Source of the DNA: Azolla caroliniana
Taxonomy: Eukaryota; Plantae; Polypodiophyta
Assembly: GCA_043228905.1 (NCBI GenBank)
Contig: JBHGNT010000002.1
Location: 13,950,001 to 14,014,000 of the forward strand
Length of the DNA stretch: 64,000 nt
Direction of reading: 5' to 3'
Part shown: positions 44,656-57,039 of the stretch, piece after piece
Layout: every line of letters begins with the position of its first letter
How positions within the stretch are numbered: the first letter of the stretch is position 1
The notes under the pieces: generated by a model
What the model saw: the letters and a program-made list of their open reading frames with translations, nothing else
Told to the model about the DNA's origin: nothing
Database searches by the model: none
Program-made: the position numbers and the translations under genes

Positions 44656-47600
44656 ACGCAACAACAACATGGGGAGTTGCAACAACAAAATGGGGAGCTA
44701 ATGGTGTGCGTGCAACAACTTGAAGCAAGGATTGTAGCATTGCAACAACTATTGGGAATATGTCCCTCCAGTGGGAGGAGGAACCGATTGTTCAGAAGTT
44801 GCTGACAGTCGATGACTACAAGGAGCTGACTGATCGGACTAAGGAGTGCTGACAATCGAAGACAGGGAAAATCCGACTATTCCGAAAGCCGACAGTCGAA
44901 GAGTCAAAAATAGTGAGTCGACTGTTTGATAGTTCGATTATTATTATTATAGCAATAATAATAAGGACACGTAGCAGAGGCTACATTTGTAAATAGCCCA
45001 TACAGTGTATAAGTATAAATACACTTAGGGAAAAACGTAAGTGTGTGCATAGCAGAACAGAAGTAGCGTGAGAGCACATGAGATAGAGAGTGAGTGAGAG
45101 CGACGCCATAGCTGTGTGCGTAACAATAGACGCCAAGAGCCCCGTGTGGCTAATACACTCGATAGAGTGTTGTAACATACCCTCTATTGTATATCCACTA
45201 TATAGTGAAGTTCTGTTCTCCGTGGTTTTCTCTCGTTTTAGGGTTTCCATGTAAATCTCTGTGCACTATTGTTTATCTTCTCTCTTTCTGGCATATCTGT
45301 GATTCGTATTTCAGCACAGTTCGTTTATTGTGATTAGACTGAACGCTTTCTCAACAACAACAAGGACCAAGTACTCAAGGGATTCATAAGGAGCCCAAGA
45401 TTGGACTTCCTATGAAATTCAATGGAACGTGATCACAATTCAGAGAATTCCTTAATCAGGTATGATTAGTCATTCAAATGCTTCCTTCCCGATGTCCCAC
45501 CGATGCGTCATGAGTGGGTCTAGTAGGCGTTGTTGAGCGGCTCAACTTTGGCATGGTTTGCTCTATTGTAAGAAAAAAGATCTCCATTACTAAATAATTT
45601 TGAGGAGTTTATAAGCGAGTTTAAAGTTTGTTTTGGAGATAGTGATAGCATAAGGACGGCAATCAACAAAATCCAACGATTACGTCAAGGTGATCGTCCA
45701 ACCTCCGCTTACATTGCAGATTTCCATCTACTTGCCTCTCATATCCCCTAGGATGATCAAGCATTGATGGAGCAATTTCGATACGGCCTATGAAATGATG
45801 TCAAAGACTTACTCCTAACTTTCCCCGAAGAACCAAAATTGCTCATAGAGGCAATCAATTGAGTGGTAAGATGCGATAATCGGCTTTTCGAACGACGTTT
45901 GGAATGTCAGTTACAAATGCCAAGGACTAGGTCGGAACCCACATATGCCTTTGTCGTAGCAAAACCATTTGCAAGGGAATCATATAATGCATCTTCGGAA
46001 AATACTCCAACACCAATGGAAATCGACACCACACGTCGTCATGGACCATTGTCAGAAGAAGAAAAGCAACAACGCCAAGCAAATCGATTATGTCTTTACA
46101 ACAGAGGACTAGGGCATATAACACTAAACTGTCCACATAGGCCAAGAAGATAGGTAAATCAAATAGTAGCTTGTACTAAACGTGAGTCTATTTCAGTAGG
46201 AGTGTTTGATAGTCCTAATAGTACTAATAGCCCAAGTCTATCGAACAAATTTGAATTCCTTAGTCAGTTAGAAGACGATTTAAACGACTAAGTCCAACCA
46301 AAATAGGAGTCGTTTGGTTGGACAACCCTAGATCTGTGTAGCCCATTAGTGGCTCCATTCCAAAATAGGAGTCTTTTAGAACGAATTAATGGCGCAAAGT
46401 TCTTGACAAAGATCGACTTACGAGGAGCATATAACCTCGTACAGATTCGACCGGGAGATGAATGGAAGACCTCTTTTCGCACTCGATATGAGCACTTCGA
46501 GTATACGGTTATGCTACTTGGCCTCACCAATGCGCCAACAGTCTTCTAGCACATGGAAAATGATATATTCCGAGATCTTTTGGATGATCTGGTGGTTTAT
46601 TTGAAGACTCAAGAAGAGCAGGATTCTCATGTACTATTAGTACTAAAACGACTTCGAGAACATGGTCTTTATGCAAAACTGGAAAAATGTAGTTTTGAGT
46701 TCAACTAGGTGGAATTTCTAGGCTATGTCATCTCCTCAAAGCTTATTTTTCCTCTCACACAGCTTACCAAGAAGGGGCAGTCGTTTGTTTGGTCTAAGGG
46801 ACTATGTTCGGACATATGATACATGTTGCAGAGCCAAGATGCCAAGCCACCATCCACATGGTTTATTAGAACCATTACCAATTCCAAGCAAGCCATGGTA
46901 GTCCATTTCTCTAGATTTTATCACAGATCTTCTAGTTTCAAAGGGATTTGATGCGATCTTAATAGTAGTAGATCGATATACTAAGATGGCAGATTTCCTA
47001 CTTTGCACTAAGGAAATCACTAGTGAAGAAACCGTCGAAATTGTCATGCATGAGGTATTTCAGCATCATGGCCTCCCAGATAATATCATCAGCAACCGTG
47101 GACCTCAATTTGTCTCAAAACTCAGGAAGTATCTCTTCAAAATGCTCAAGGTCACTTGTAACCTCTCCTCCAACTATCACCTCAAACAGAAGGACAAGCA
47201 GAACGAACAAATCAAACGTTGGAACAATATCTTCAGTGTTTCCTAAGCTATCAACAAGATGATTGGGCGGATATTCTCCACTTTGCCGAAATTGCTTATA
47301 ATAACTCTATCCACTCATCGACTAGGGTTACACCATTTTATGCTTATATAGGCTATCATCCTCGATGATGTGTATTCGAAACTCTCGAGTCACCCACAAA
47401 TCCTCGTGTAGAGGATCATTTGGAGTGGCTACGCAAGATACAAACAGACCTATCTACCCATTTACATCAAGCTCAACAAACACAGAAGGATTATGCGGAT
47501 CGTCATCGGCGTCTATCCTGTTTTAACATTGGAGATCGGGTATGCCTATTACGACGACACATCAAGACTACTCGACGATGTGGTAAATTGTATTACCGAC

Positions 47601-47872
47601 GATTAGGTCCTTTCCGTATTATCGGAAAAATTAATGATGTCACTTTTCTTCTTGATCTACCTCCGGAGCTACAGATCCATCTGGTTTTTCATAGTTCTCT
47701 CCTTGAACCCTATCAAGACAACCCTATTCTGAATTGTATTACACCACCTCCACCCCCGATCGAGCTGGAAGTAGGACCGGAGTACGAAGTTGCTACCATC
47801 CTCGATTCCAAGATTGTTCGCAACAAGCTCTACTATTTGGTCGATTGGCTATGCTATAGTCCAAGCGAGCGT
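44656..47872 (+). mobile_element. Decayed chromovirus (Ty3/gypsy with chromodomain)
   Basis: Gag (KEPKIGLP.KF.G, PTPMEID, RLCLY..GH...C), RT ([24 protein letters not shown]), INT (PW.SISLDFITDL, GPFRI) and chromodomain (EYEVATILDSKIVRNKLYYLVDW); many stops and deletions. Confidence 0.85.
44750..45356 (+). mobile_element. Solo LTR inserted in the chromovirus gag
   Basis: T(A)TTGGGAA...TTCTCAACA inverted termini; TSD ACAAC at 44745-44749 and 45357-45361; TATAAATA near 45014; gag continues across the insertion. Confidence 0.75.
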
Positions 47873-50800
47873 TGTCGCGAAAATACGACAAAGATACGTG
47901 AACTTGAGGCAGGACCCCGGAGCCTTCAACCAGAGGATTCGTCCATTAGTTTTTTTAAGAATTAACGAAAATGAGAAAGTTTGGTAATTTTTATTAACAA
48001 AGAAAAGTAAATTACAATCTATCCCAAGATTGGGATTCATATGTTTTAGGTTTACTGAGTTTAATATATAAGAAAAATTAGGGCTTTTGAGAGATATGGC
48101 TTCCGTAAGGAAAATTAGGGTTTTCCCGAGAGATATGGCTTCCGTAAGGAAAATTAGGGTTTCTCAATAGATATGGCTTCCGTAAGGAAAATTAGGATTT
48201 TCCGAGAGATATGGCTTGTATAAAGAAAATTAGGGTTTTTCGAGAGATATGGCTTCCGTAGGGAAATTTATTAGGGTTAGAGTTTTCTTGAATCATAGAT
48301 TTTTCTTACCAATCTAAGAGAGAAAACATTGCTCCCCCCCCCCCCCCCCCTCTAGGATTCCAGGTTTTTCCTTTTACTTCCACTTCCATTGCATGTTACC
48401 ACTCGCACTTGCATAACTATCTATGATGGAGATTGACCTTGAACCGGCTCATTGGCTCATTAGATATCTTCCAATGCCACACGACCATTCTTTCCACCAT
48501 AGCCATGGAGACCATCCAAACCACCAAATCCTTCGTCCGAGCTTTGCATCCGCCACAACCAGTTGTTGTGGCCTCTTCCACCTTCCCCAAACATAACCCT
48601 CCATGCACCATGCATGTGTCACTTTCATTCCATCATCTTCATGGCAAGACACTTCAATCCTCCTTCCGTCAATCCAAGCTTGCCTTTGATAGGCCTCATC
48701 CGAACATCGACTTTGAGTACTCTTTGTAACCCATGCTTTAAGTACATGCTCACATTTAGGCCCTTAGAAGACCAGATTGCATGTTTTCCACTTTGTTTTT
48801 TCTCATGGTATGCTCTCATGTGAGAGTTGACCATCGGTTGTTTGATCTTTGTAATGGTGTCTTCTTTCAAGTTGGATATTGTGATCAAATGCCAAGAAAC
48901 GCCCTTTGAATTCACTTCGTTTGTTTTGCCCTCATCGTGTACCACTGTGCTTTGTTTGACCTCTTCATCATATGCATCAACTTCGACCCTTGCTTCCTTG
49001 CCGCCACTGTCCTTTTCTTGGGTCTTACATTGGTTAATGCCCAAGTCTCTCGAACAAGTCTAGAGGGATCCATACATTTTCGTAGTCTGTCTTTGTCGTG
49101 CTACCCTTAGCCGCTTGCACTTTGAGGTTGTTCATATCGGCTTTGACCTTTGCTTTCTCACTGCCACTTTCCGTCTCTTGGGTCTTACATCGGTTAAAGC
49201 CCAAGTCTCTAGAACCATTGTGGGGAAAGTCTCTTCATGGTTGCCGTCTGCCCTCTTCACCTCGATCACCATTTGCCTCAGTTTTTGCTCCATTTTAAGC
49301 TCCTCTTCAATATTGACTTGTGCCTTTAAGTTCTTGAATGCGTCTCTAATCAAAGCTTCTACGGTGAGTGTCGTCGAATCTTCTCTCTTTGAGCTCTCTT
49401 CCTTTGGTAGTGGCGTGTTGCCACATCTCATCCTTCTTGTGTCGTCCCTCGTAGAACATAATGTTATCGACAAGATTCTCATCTCTCTCTTGTCATGTTG
49501 CCGACATACTCTTTCAACATAGGCCCAATTTTCGGTGAGGCCATTTGCACCATTGTCATCCTCTAGCCGGATTCCAATGGCCTTCCTTTCCTTTAGAATT
49601 ATCGATTTCACAAACATTAGAACTTTATTCTCCCCCACCAATCTTCAATCCCGCTCCGAGAGTTGAGCAAAGACACTCTCGAACTCAATGAACGCATGCA
49701 TGGCACTTTGGTGGGTCTTTAATGATGATACCCATTGGTCAAACTCATATAGGTTGCATCTCTTCAACTCGTTGTATCTATATGCCTCCATGAGATATCC
49801 TCATGCCGCCTTGTTTCATGTCGGGTTCACCAATGATGTCGCGAAAATACGACGAAGATATGTGAACTTGAGGCAGGACCTCGGGGCCTCCGACCAGAGG
49901 ATACTAGATTCTTGCATTTGTCTTTTTAAGAATTAATGGAAATAAGAATGTTTGGTAATTTGTATTAACAAAGAAAAGAATATTACAATCTATCCCAAGA
50001 TTGAGATTCAGAAGTTTTAGGTTTACTGAGATTAATAGATAAGAAAATTTAGGGTTTTTGAGAGATATGGCTTCCGTAAGGAAAATTAGGGTTTGGAGAG
50101 ATTTTTCTTACCAATCGCCCCCCCCCCCCCCCCCCACTAGGATTCCAGGTTTTTCCTTTTATTTCCACTTCGATTGCATGTTACCATTAGCACTTGCATG
50201 AAGGAACTCCAGTTTGCATTCCCCAGTTTAGTTGCATACGTCCCACATGGTGTTTTGCTTAGTTACGTGGACTTCACGTTCAGTTACGGCATCCCACATA
50301 ACGTTTACTTTAGTTGCATGGCCTCCATGTTTAGTTACGGCCCGTGCAATACATATCGCCTTGCCGTTCCGATCGATCCTTGCGTCCCGACCTATATCTG
50401 GTTGGGATCTATCTGTATTTTCGGGGGAGTTTGGCACACACGAATGCATAAGGTATTTACCCAAACCGGTCTGTACCTGAGCCGAGCCTATGTTGGCACT
50501 GAGGCGTTGATCCTTGACAAGAAAGGTCAAAGCTTGAGCCTAAGAGGCTTCTGGTCCAATAGGACCGTAAAATTTGTTAGGATATGCTGTGTTATTGAAC
50601 CAAACAAAGCAGCAAGCTTTGAAACCAAACATAGCAAGAGCTGCTAGGCTATAAGATAAGTATAAGTAATCCTCTCCAAACATTCCAAACCGTTCCTAAA
50701 TCGTTTCGAGCAATTTATCCACATTCATCCGTCCAAGTAGTTTAGTTGAGTGTGTTTGTCCGAACAATTCAACCCAAATCACCACAACCCTTCTGCGCTC

Positions 50801-52010
50801 CAAACACATAGATATGAAGTAATGTGTTCTGGGTCTGCTTATATACTGCTGGATCTGATGTTGTCCTCTCTATGTGGGATATCTTACAGTTCTGTTTCCC
50901 CATCTTCTCAAGCTTTATACACACATACCTCGATACATACTTGTTTGTTTCATACGTAGTAAAATAAGTTTGGAAGCTCTTGAAGACATCCATCTTTTCG
51001 TACCAGGCCACTGAGCTAATCTAAAATAATTATTTCATTATTTTTTCATATCATGTGTGAAGAATCACACGACATTCACCCCGACCAAACCTACACATCC
51101 ACCAGTATGTGCCAAGTGTGGTATCAAATTAGATCCGTGTAGTTGAAATCTTTAATCCTTGTATGAATATTTTCCTTTTTCATAACTTAACTATCTATGA
51201 TGGAGATTGACCTTGAACCAACTCATTGCCTCGTTAGATCTCTTCCAATGCCACCACGACCATTCTTTCCACCATAGCCATGGAGACCATCCAAACCACC
51301 AAATCCTTCGTTCGAGCTTTGCATCCGACACGACCAGTTGTTGTGGCCTCTTCCACCTTACCCAAGCATAACCCTTCATGCACCATGCATGTATCGCTTT
51401 CATTCCATCATTTTCATGAACAAGACACTTCAATCCTCCTTCCGTCAATCCAAGATTGTCTTTGTTAGGCCTCATCCGAACATCGACTTTGAGTACTCTT
51501 TGTAGCCCATGCTTTAAGTACATGCTCACATTTAGGCCCTTAGAAGACCAGATTGCATGTTTTCCACTTTGTCTTTTCTCAAGGTATGCTCTCATGTGAG
51601 AGTTAACCATTAGTTGTTTGATCTTTGTAATGGTGTCTCCTTTCGAGTTGGATATTGTAATCAAATCCCAAGAAACGCCCTTCGAATTCACTTCGTTTGT
51701 TTTGCCCTCATCGTGTACCACTGTGCTTTGTTTGACCTCTTCATCATATGCATCAACTTCGACCCTTGCTTCCTTGCCGCCACTGTCCTTTTCTTGGGTC
51801 TTACATTGGTTAATCCCCAAGTCTCTCGAGCAAGTCTAGAGGGATCCATACATTTTCGTAGTTTGTCTTTGTCCCAAGAAACGCACTTCGAATTCACTTC
51901 GTTTGTTTTGCCCTCGTCGTGTACCATTGTGCTTTGTTTGACCTCTTCATCATATGCATCAACTTCGACCCTTGCTTCCTTGCCGCCATTGTCCTTCTCT
52001 TGGGTCTTGC
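47873..52010 (-). mobile_element. Tandem tRNA-Trp-primed non-autonomous element: truncated LTR - interior - LTR - truncated interior
   Basis: LTR start TGTCGCGAAAATACG at 47873 and 49837; complete LTR 49837-51074; PBS at 49815-49832; PPT-like sequence at 51075-51090; interior 51191-51870 duplicates 48417-49095; gag-like ORF 49132-49641. Confidence 0.8.
48072..48278. repeat. ~38-bp tandem repeat (GAGATATGGCTTCCGTAAGGAAAATTAGGG..) about 5 copies, within LTR
   Basis: Visible directly; about one copy in the sister LTR near 50060. Confidence 0.85.
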
Positions 52011-52119
52011 TTGTTCATCTTTAATAAAAAACGATTAGGGCGAAGTCATTGGAGTCCCAAACAAGGATGTCTCGAAGATCGGGGTGTTGCAGCAGGTGTG
52101 TTTTTTATTGACAAATTTT

Positions 52120-52375
52120 TTTATTAGGGTTGATTTTATACATATTTAAGATTAGGGTTCCTGATTTCCTTAAACGGTTGATTTCTGATTAGGGTTTCTG
52201 ATTAAGGTTTTTGATGATGGTTTTTTATTTCCTTGAGTGGTTGATTTTTTATTAGGGTTTTTGATTTCCTTAAGCGGTTGATTTTTTATTACGGTTTCTA
52301 ATTATAGTTTCTGATTAAGGTTTCTGAATAGGGTTTCTAATTTTTTAAGCATTTGATTTCTGATTACTGTTTAAA
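52120..52375. repeat. Degenerate ATTAGGGTTTCTGATT repeats, probably intronic
   Basis: Repeated TTAGGGTT/GATTT modules between CAG|GT near 52095 and TTTCAG| at 52578. Confidence 0.6.
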
Positions 52376-52578
52376 ATTTCAGATTTAGTGTTGGAATTTT
52401 GCACCAATTCACATTTCTGATTTCAATGGCTGTGTATCTGCAAACTTCCCCCAATTTTGATTTAAGATTTGGGTGAATATGGCTGATTTTTTATTTTTGA
52501 TTCTTCCTTACCAATCATGGTTCTAAATACACATGTCCTAGTAGAGGAGAGGTAACATGTATTGATTTTTTATTTCAG

Positions 52579-55500
52579 GCACTTCGTTCCTCCATATCCT
52601 AGAGTGCTGAACTTTGCAAAGTTTTGCGAGACAAAAGACAACGTTAACAACATATATGGTCTGTCGCTAGAGGGTATTGATGTTGTTCTAATAGATAAAT
52701 TGATTAGTGATGTAGATTGGTTGTAAGTCTATAAAGTTCCCTAAGTGAAAGGCAAGTTGAAGCTCAAGCATGTACAATCAGAGTTGTATGACGACTGCAT
52801 GAGAGTCCATCAGAAAGTACATCAAGAGATCCCAGTCAACAACGAGTTGTCCATTGCATTCGCGAGAGCTTTTGCATACGAGTATTGCAAATCAACGAAG
52901 GAAGCAACAGACCCTGAAATGTACAAGGTAGCTTGGGCTATTTATGGTGAGACATTAGTAGAACGATGTCGGAAGATGGGGAGCTTGCAACAAAAAATGG
53001 CAAGATTCTGGAGCATGGCAGTTGATGATGCAACTGATGACTCCCAACAAACCCGGAAGTATACACCACACCGAAACACAATGAAAGCCAATGTCGATGA
53101 TACAAGTGAGACATTGATTAGCTATATGCTGAAAAATGTCCATGAAACTTGTGAGACATTAGAGGCAACAAAGTCTGATTTAGAGAGAGCAAAGTCACTT
53201 TGGCAAAGTCACTTTGGCAGTGACAACAATCAGAAATAAGATTTAGGTAGCTATTGTTTTGCTAGTATGTAGCATGTTATAAATAACTTGTACATTAAAA
53301 TGTGCTTAGTGAGGCATTATCTTGAACTGGTTGCTCAACATGAGCTCAAAATTGAGGGCCATTGGATCCAAAATGGAAAATACAACTACAGATAGAGATT
53401 TAGGTTGTTTCAATGAACCTAGACCTTCTAGGTATAAATATTGTCGTTGATTACAATTTGGAGAACCTCCAAGTAGGTTAATTATTCTTGTATCTTGTTG
53501 TTCTATCTTCCTCATTACAGAATGATAAATCGGTAATTGCTTGGTTGCGTTCTAGGAACAATACTCCCGTCAAGAACAGGTAGTTCGTTGCCTTAAGAAG
53601 CAGCTACATTTTGTGGAAGGGATGGTAAAGAGCAGATAAGAATTGCACCTCAACATTCTTGCTCCCTTACCAAACGAAGAAGAATTAGGCAACGATATAT
53701 TGATTGTCCAAGCACGTTGCATCGCTTGCGGCTTAGGCGTAGATGACCAAACTGCTACTCTGTTGGTACACCTACGACCATGCCAACACACATACCATAT
53801 CGTTTGTTTTCAATATGCCTATCACATTGCTACAATCTGTTTGCGGGATTGCAATACAACTCTCCCAAATGAGTGAGAAAACTAACAGGTAAAATTGTTT
53901 CATGTCTCTATAGTATAGTAGCTAATTACTTACATCTTAGCTAATTAGCATCATATAAAGTATGGTAGCTATTTAGCTGTTATGGTTCAATAGTGTAGTA
54001 GCTAATTAGCTACAACCTAGGTATTAGCTAATTAGCTAGTGTAAATCTATGGTCTGGCAATAGCTAATTAGCTACTACCATAGTTAAGTAGAATAACTAA
54101 TTAGCTACTACCAGCCTATAGTGTAGTAGCTAATCAGCTAAGTGGTAGCTAATTAACTACTGCAATAGTTAAAAAGAATAACTAATCAACTAAGATGTAG
54201 CTAATTAGCTAAGTGGTAGCTATTTAGCTATTGTCAACCTATAGTGGAGTAGCTAATTAGCTACTACCATAGTTAAGTACAATAGCTAATTAGTTGTTGC
54301 CAGCCTATATTGTAGTAGCTAATTACCTATGTGGTAGCTAATTAGCTAGTACAATAGTTAAGAAGAGTAGCTAATTAGCTAATTAGATACTACCATACTT
54401 AAGTAGAATAGCTAATTAGTTGCTACTAGCCTATAGTGTAGTAGCTAATTAGCTACTACCATATTTAAGTAGCATAACTAATTAGCTATGATGTAGCTAA
54501 TTAGTTGCTACTAGCCTATAGTGTAGTAGCTAATTAGCTACTACTATATTTAAGTAGAATAGCTAATTAGCTATGATGTAGCTAATTAGCTACTACCAAT
54601 CTATAGTCTAGCAGCTAATTAGTTAAGATGTAGCTAATTAGCCACTACCATACTAAAGTAGAATAGCTAATTAGCTAAGATGTAGCTAATTAGCTACTAC
54701 AATACTAAAGTAGAATAGCTAATTAGCTAAGATGTAGTTAATTAGCTACTGCCAACCTATAGTCTAGCAACTAAGTAGCTAAGCAATATCAAGAGTGATA
54801 GCTAATTAGCTATTGCCATAGTTAAGAAGAATAGCTATTTAGCTACTATCATACTAAAGTAGAATAGCTAATTAGCTAAGATGTAGCTAATTAGCTACTG
54901 CCAATCTATAGTGTAGCAGCTAATTAGCTAAGCAGTATCAAGAGTGGTAGGTAATTAGCTACTACCATAGTTAGGAAGAATAGCTAATTAGCTTACTTAG
55001 CTAATTAGTAGCTAATGAGCTAGGATGTAACAGTATCGAGCAGTATCAAGAGTGGTTGCTAATTACCTGCCATGTAGCCAATTAGCTATCATGTTTAGTA
55101 TTCAACTAAGGTCATAGAAAAATACAAGAGAAGTTGCTAATTAGCTAACATGTTGTTGTAGAATCTCATGGATTAAGGAGGTTGCATGAGGTGTCCGGTG
55201 TTGATGACATGCCAATCGATGAGGAGATAGCTGGCAACATGGCTGAAAGTAAGAGTCTTGCTATCACTCCTCCTTCAGATCAGCTCCACCCTATTCTTTT
55301 GGAAGATTGTACAGAATTAGGCAATGTTGTGAAAAGCCATGAAATATTGAAAACAACATGTAAATCTGAGGTTCATAACAACAATGTTTTTGAACACTTG
55401 ATGCAACAGTTTTTTAAATCCCAAAACCTTGATTCAACCCCACCAAGCCCAACTGCTGATGATATCCCACTAGATCCCATTGTACTTGAAAAGCTAGTGC

Positions 55501-55673
55501 AAGATGCGGCTGACGTGCAAGCCGCTACTGAGGCGATAGAAAGGTTGTCGGAGGAGGACACACTTGCACAATGGGTGAAAGAAGCAAGGCCAAAAGGGCA
55601 ATCGGCTAGAAAAAGGTTGAAGAAGGGGCCACGATGGGGGACAAGACCAGTTACTCAATCAAGGGGCTCTTGA
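52579..55673 (+). pseudogene. Decayed multi-exon gene with a RING-like finger, probable transposon cargo
   Basis: ORF pieces 52745-53239, 53643-53876 (CIAC...CQHTYHIVC...CLRDC) and 55182-55673; GT..AG intron ~53890-55161; in-frame stops. Confidence 0.55.
53915..55147. repeat. Array of the 14-bp palindrome TAGCTAATTAGCTA with modular spacers
   Basis: Dozens of copies separated by recurrent 5-nt (AGATG/AGTGG) and ~19-nt (CTACCATAGTTAAGTAGAA, CTACCAGCCTATAGTGTAG) spacers. Confidence 0.95.
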
Positions 55674-56409
55674 ATTGTAGCTAATTACTACCAAATACTG
55701 ATTAGTGGGATATGACTATTAGCTATTTTCCAAGAAAATTATGAAGATGGTCTATGGTCTATTTGGACAAGTAAAACCTCAGATTGGTTGTTGCTTGATC
55801 CACATTATGTAATGGAACTCTAAGATAATGTTATTATTTTGTTGCAGAATATTTCATGTTCATTATGTTGTTTTGTGAGACTGTTAGCTACTTTGTGAGT
55901 GTAAATATGTTGGTGTTTTCTTATGTGTAGAGTCTAAAGGGTTTGAATCTATTGCTCCTAAGGCCGATGGCAGTGTGGAAACTGTTGATGTTGCTACGTG
56001 TTTAGAGGGCCCCATCTTGAAAGCAGATGTAGCAACTGACACAAATTATCTGATCACGCAAGTAGATCAAGCATGTTGCACAGATGATCTGATTTTGCTG
56101 GTAGATGCAACATGTGATACTAGTGGGCTGATATCAACCAGAGAAGTATCTACATGCACATCGATAATGCCAGGACTGATGACACAATAAACTATACAAG
56201 AGCAAAACAATGTGAGTCAGGCCCAATGACTACACGAGCAAAACAAGCTGAAGTCATGCCGAAAGACACAGTTGACCAGGGGTTTGAAGAGGAAAAGGAC
56301 ACCAATTGTGTCGACAGAACCTGAGTTGATTGAAATTGATCATGTGCTACCAATACTTGGTGTAATAGAGGCTCAGTTGTAGGAATGAAAACCTAAACCA
56401 TTAGAAGAC

Positions 56410-56880
56410 GAAAGAAGAGCCTTGATCTTGGAGCTTGATAAAGTCTTGATGACTGTGCGATATATGACACCAAGGAGAGACGCGAATCAATTTCTAGAGT
56501 GGGTTGTGCAATACTTTGATTTGTTTATTTGGAGTGAAAAACCACGTTCAAATGTGTGGAAGTGTGTAGAAAGATTCTTCCCAAAGTGGCGACAACACTT
56601 CAAGGGTCAGTGGACATGAGAAAGATGTGAACAACAGGATATTGCAAGATTCAAAAGACTTTCTCAGTTTTGGCATACCTGGCCCGAATATAATGCCAAA
56701 AATACATTGATTGTGGATATAGAACATTTTCGGCATTAATGCAACCTTCACAAAGGCTATCTCATTGTACCTGACGAAATTCTTGATAACTAATTGGTGA
56801 AAACATGGAGTTGCCAACTAACTGCATGGGTGTGGAAACCATACCGAGCTCGGTATGCAGATCACATATGTAAAGAAGTT
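56410..56880 (+). pseudogene. FCP1/NIF-like HAD phosphatase domain remnant
   Basis: LILELDKVL...RRDANQFLEWVVQYFDLFIWS...YNAKNTLIVD matches the NIF pattern (LxLDLDxTL, RP..FL, xIWS, NTLLID); stops and a frameshift. Confidence 0.6.
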
Positions 56881-57039
56881 CCACAAACCAACAAGAGCTT
56901 AGTATTTATAGTTGCTTTGTAGACATTGCCAATGGTGTATTTTAAATATGTAATTTGATAACAGATTGATCAATGAAGAATTAAATCGTTAGTTTTGAGT
57001 AAATCATCTACTATGTAATTTTAAAATAGGTCATTGATT

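Noticed and set aside
53915-55147. Repeat-spacer pattern resembling a CRISPR array
   Set aside because: Spacers recur and are short, the repeat is only 14 bp, there are no cas genes and the context is a eukaryotic intron.
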